A stretch of DNA of 63,350 bases, counting the filler, from Reclinomonas americana ATCC 50394 (lineage: Eukaryota): NCBI GenBank assembly GCA_048213135.1. It is 5 parts of 4 records of this genome, joined end to end, with 100 filler letters (N's around TTAATTAATTAA, not from the genome) between each part and the next. Parts side by side here need not be neighbours in the genome. Positions count along the whole stretch, not along the records: positions 61,533 to 63,350 come from PS015041.1; 4 more parts are not named here. One strand, 5' to 3'. Positions 61,433 through 63,350 of the stretch are shown in pieces. The position numbers and the translations under genes are program-made. The notes under the pieces are model-generated. The model saw only the letters and a program-made list of their open reading frames with translations, was not told where the DNA came from and did not search any database. The stretch's first letter is position 1; every line of letters starts with the position of its first letter.

Positions 61433-61532
61433 NNNNNNNNNNNNNNNNNNNNNNNNNNNNNNNNNNNNNNNNNNNNTTAATTAATTAANNNNNNNNNNNN
61501 NNNNNNNNNNNNNNNNNNNNNNNNNNNNNNNN
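61433..61532. other. Artificial contig spacer
   Basis: 44 N + TTAATTAATTAA + 44 N. Confidence 0.97.
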
Positions 61533-61613
<81 letters not shown>

Positions 61614-61931
61614 TTCACCCTCATTTTCATTCTCTCTCTTTCTATCTCTTCAGCTGCGCTTCGTCGCGCCACTCGCTCTCCCATTCTTTCTCGCTTCCTT
61701 TCTCTATTCTCTCTTATCCCTTCTTTTGTGTCTCTGCCTCTATGCTTGTCTGCCTCAGTATTCTGATTGGTTTCTCTCCCTCTCCGTCCCACTCTCTTTC
61801 TCAACCCTTTTTTCTCTGCTCTTTCCCTTCTCTCTCCCCCCCTTCCCCTTCCCTCTCCTTCCTCTCCCTACCCCCTTCCTCTCTCCCTTCCCCTTCTCCA
61901 CCCTCTCCCCCTTTCTCACATCGTGCCGCAG

Positions 61932-63070
61932 AGGACGGCGAGGTCCTGGAGGTCACCACCAGAGGCCCTGTAACCTGCGCGCCGATCACCGCCAACGGCA
62001 GCAAAATGATATCCATTGACGGCGCCTTCGCCCTGTCCGTCGACGGCGTGGTGCACTATTGCGCCGGCGTCAACGGAGAGGCGTACAGTGTGCACGACGC
62101 GGCTGACGGTCCACGCACTGCCGGCGTCGGCATTGCGTACATGCCTGTGCCCAGCCAGGAGAAGTTCGTGCGTGTCTGCGCTTCCACTCCCGGTGCCATT
62201 GCGCTGTCTCGTTGCGTGCAGTATCTCGCGCGCCCTTCATCCGACTGTTGCCCTCATCCTTTTATCCTCCGCAGGCTCAGGCCGACTTTTCCGGATTCGC
62301 ATCGACAATGCTGTCAGCGTTGTGCCAGTGGAGCACGATGAAATTGGCGACCGGCACGTGCGTTGCATGTGGGCTCTGGCGACCACGGTGGTGATTCAAC
62401 TCGGTGAGTGCATTTGGACGGATCCTGTTTACGACACACTTTAATTTGACCACCCGCCATGCAGAAACCGGCGAGGTCTTCACCGAGTCACCTTGTCCGT
62501 TCATTTTTGGCGAGCGACCATCGACACGGATCGTCGAACTGTGCCATGTCGATCTCCGCTGTGTCGCGGGCACGGCGGCAGAAGCCTTGTATGTTGCAGG
62601 TTCGCCAGTGGGAGATTGTCACGGGAATTCACTCTCTTCCTCACCCGGCGAGTGGCTGCAGGCAACACAATCGAGCCAGTCATGGGCGACCTTGACTCGG
62701 CCAACTTGTACAGCGACGGCACCGTGCTGGCGCTCTCCTCAGTGGCCGACGAAGCATCCTCCACTGCGGTATGCACACTCATTGCTGATTGACATTGCTG
62801 CTCTTGGTTGACCCGTCGATCTGCTGTGCAGTCATCGTGCCACACACGCTTCTTCAACATTTTCAGCGGTGGCGAGATGGAGAGCCTCACCGGGCGTCAT
62901 CTGCACTTGCTGCCCGACCAAGGTGCGTTGGCGGGAGAGTGTGTTCGTGACTTAAACGGCAGGTTGACCAACAGCATGCTCCCTCCTCCCCTCGCCAGTC
63001 GGACTTCCGGTCACTGTGTATTCGCGAGCGGCGAGCTGCTGCCTGTCTGCAGTGCACCTGGGTCGTGAGG
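61932..63070 (+). CDS. Internal exons of a beta-rich protein, possibly a divergent RCC1/BLIP-II-like propeller
   Basis: About six GT-AG-joined exons. KFVRVCASTPGAIALSR|SGRLF and CMWALATTVVIQL|ETGEVF loosely resemble RCC1 repeats. Confidence 0.45.
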
Positions 63071-63312
63071 TGATGTCTTGTTTGTCGTTGAACATGCGCA
63101 GCCTCTCTTTCCGTTGTATCATCGCGTCTCAACCTGCTACTGTCGTTCATCAGCTCATCATTTTTTCTTGCTTGTCTGTGCATATTGTCTCTCTTTCGCC
63201 GCCTCGCTCCCTCCATCTCGTCCTCCATCTCGCTCTTTCATCTCGCTCCTTCCGCCTCGCTTCCTCCGCCTCGCTCCCTCCACCTCGCTCCCTCCGCCTC
63301 GCTCCCTCTGTC

Positions 63313-63344
<32 letters not shown>

Positions 63345-63350
63345 CTACGT

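Overview
This is intron-rich, GC-rich, gene-dense eukaryotic DNA, most likely from a protist (lineage not determinable here). Introns are GT-AG, mostly 60-90 nt, and many are filled with GA/CA microsatellites. The window is not one locus: five contigs are joined by artificial 100-bp spacers (44 N + TTAATTAATTAA + 44 N) at 20528, 44005, 53018 and 61433. Manual splicing recovers APC5, a CMGC-like kinase, a U-box fragment, a DUF3228 protein, an enoyl-CoA hydratase with PTS1, a ~14-kb triple-propeller/coiled-coil gene, an SH3 protein, Snf7/CHMP4, the last exon of AK6, cysteinyl-tRNA synthetase and two large extracellular lectin-like repeat proteins. Two signals stand out. (1) An NLR-like STAND gene whose intron-split N-terminus reads as a DZIP3-type HEPN RNase domain (RNDESH), fused to NACHT, pentapeptide and WD40 regions. 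(2) A frequent second class of 5' splice site, H|GTTGCG(T), which looks like the normal G|GTGCGT donor shifted by one base. All gene models and domain calls come from reading the sequence by eye; no searches were run.
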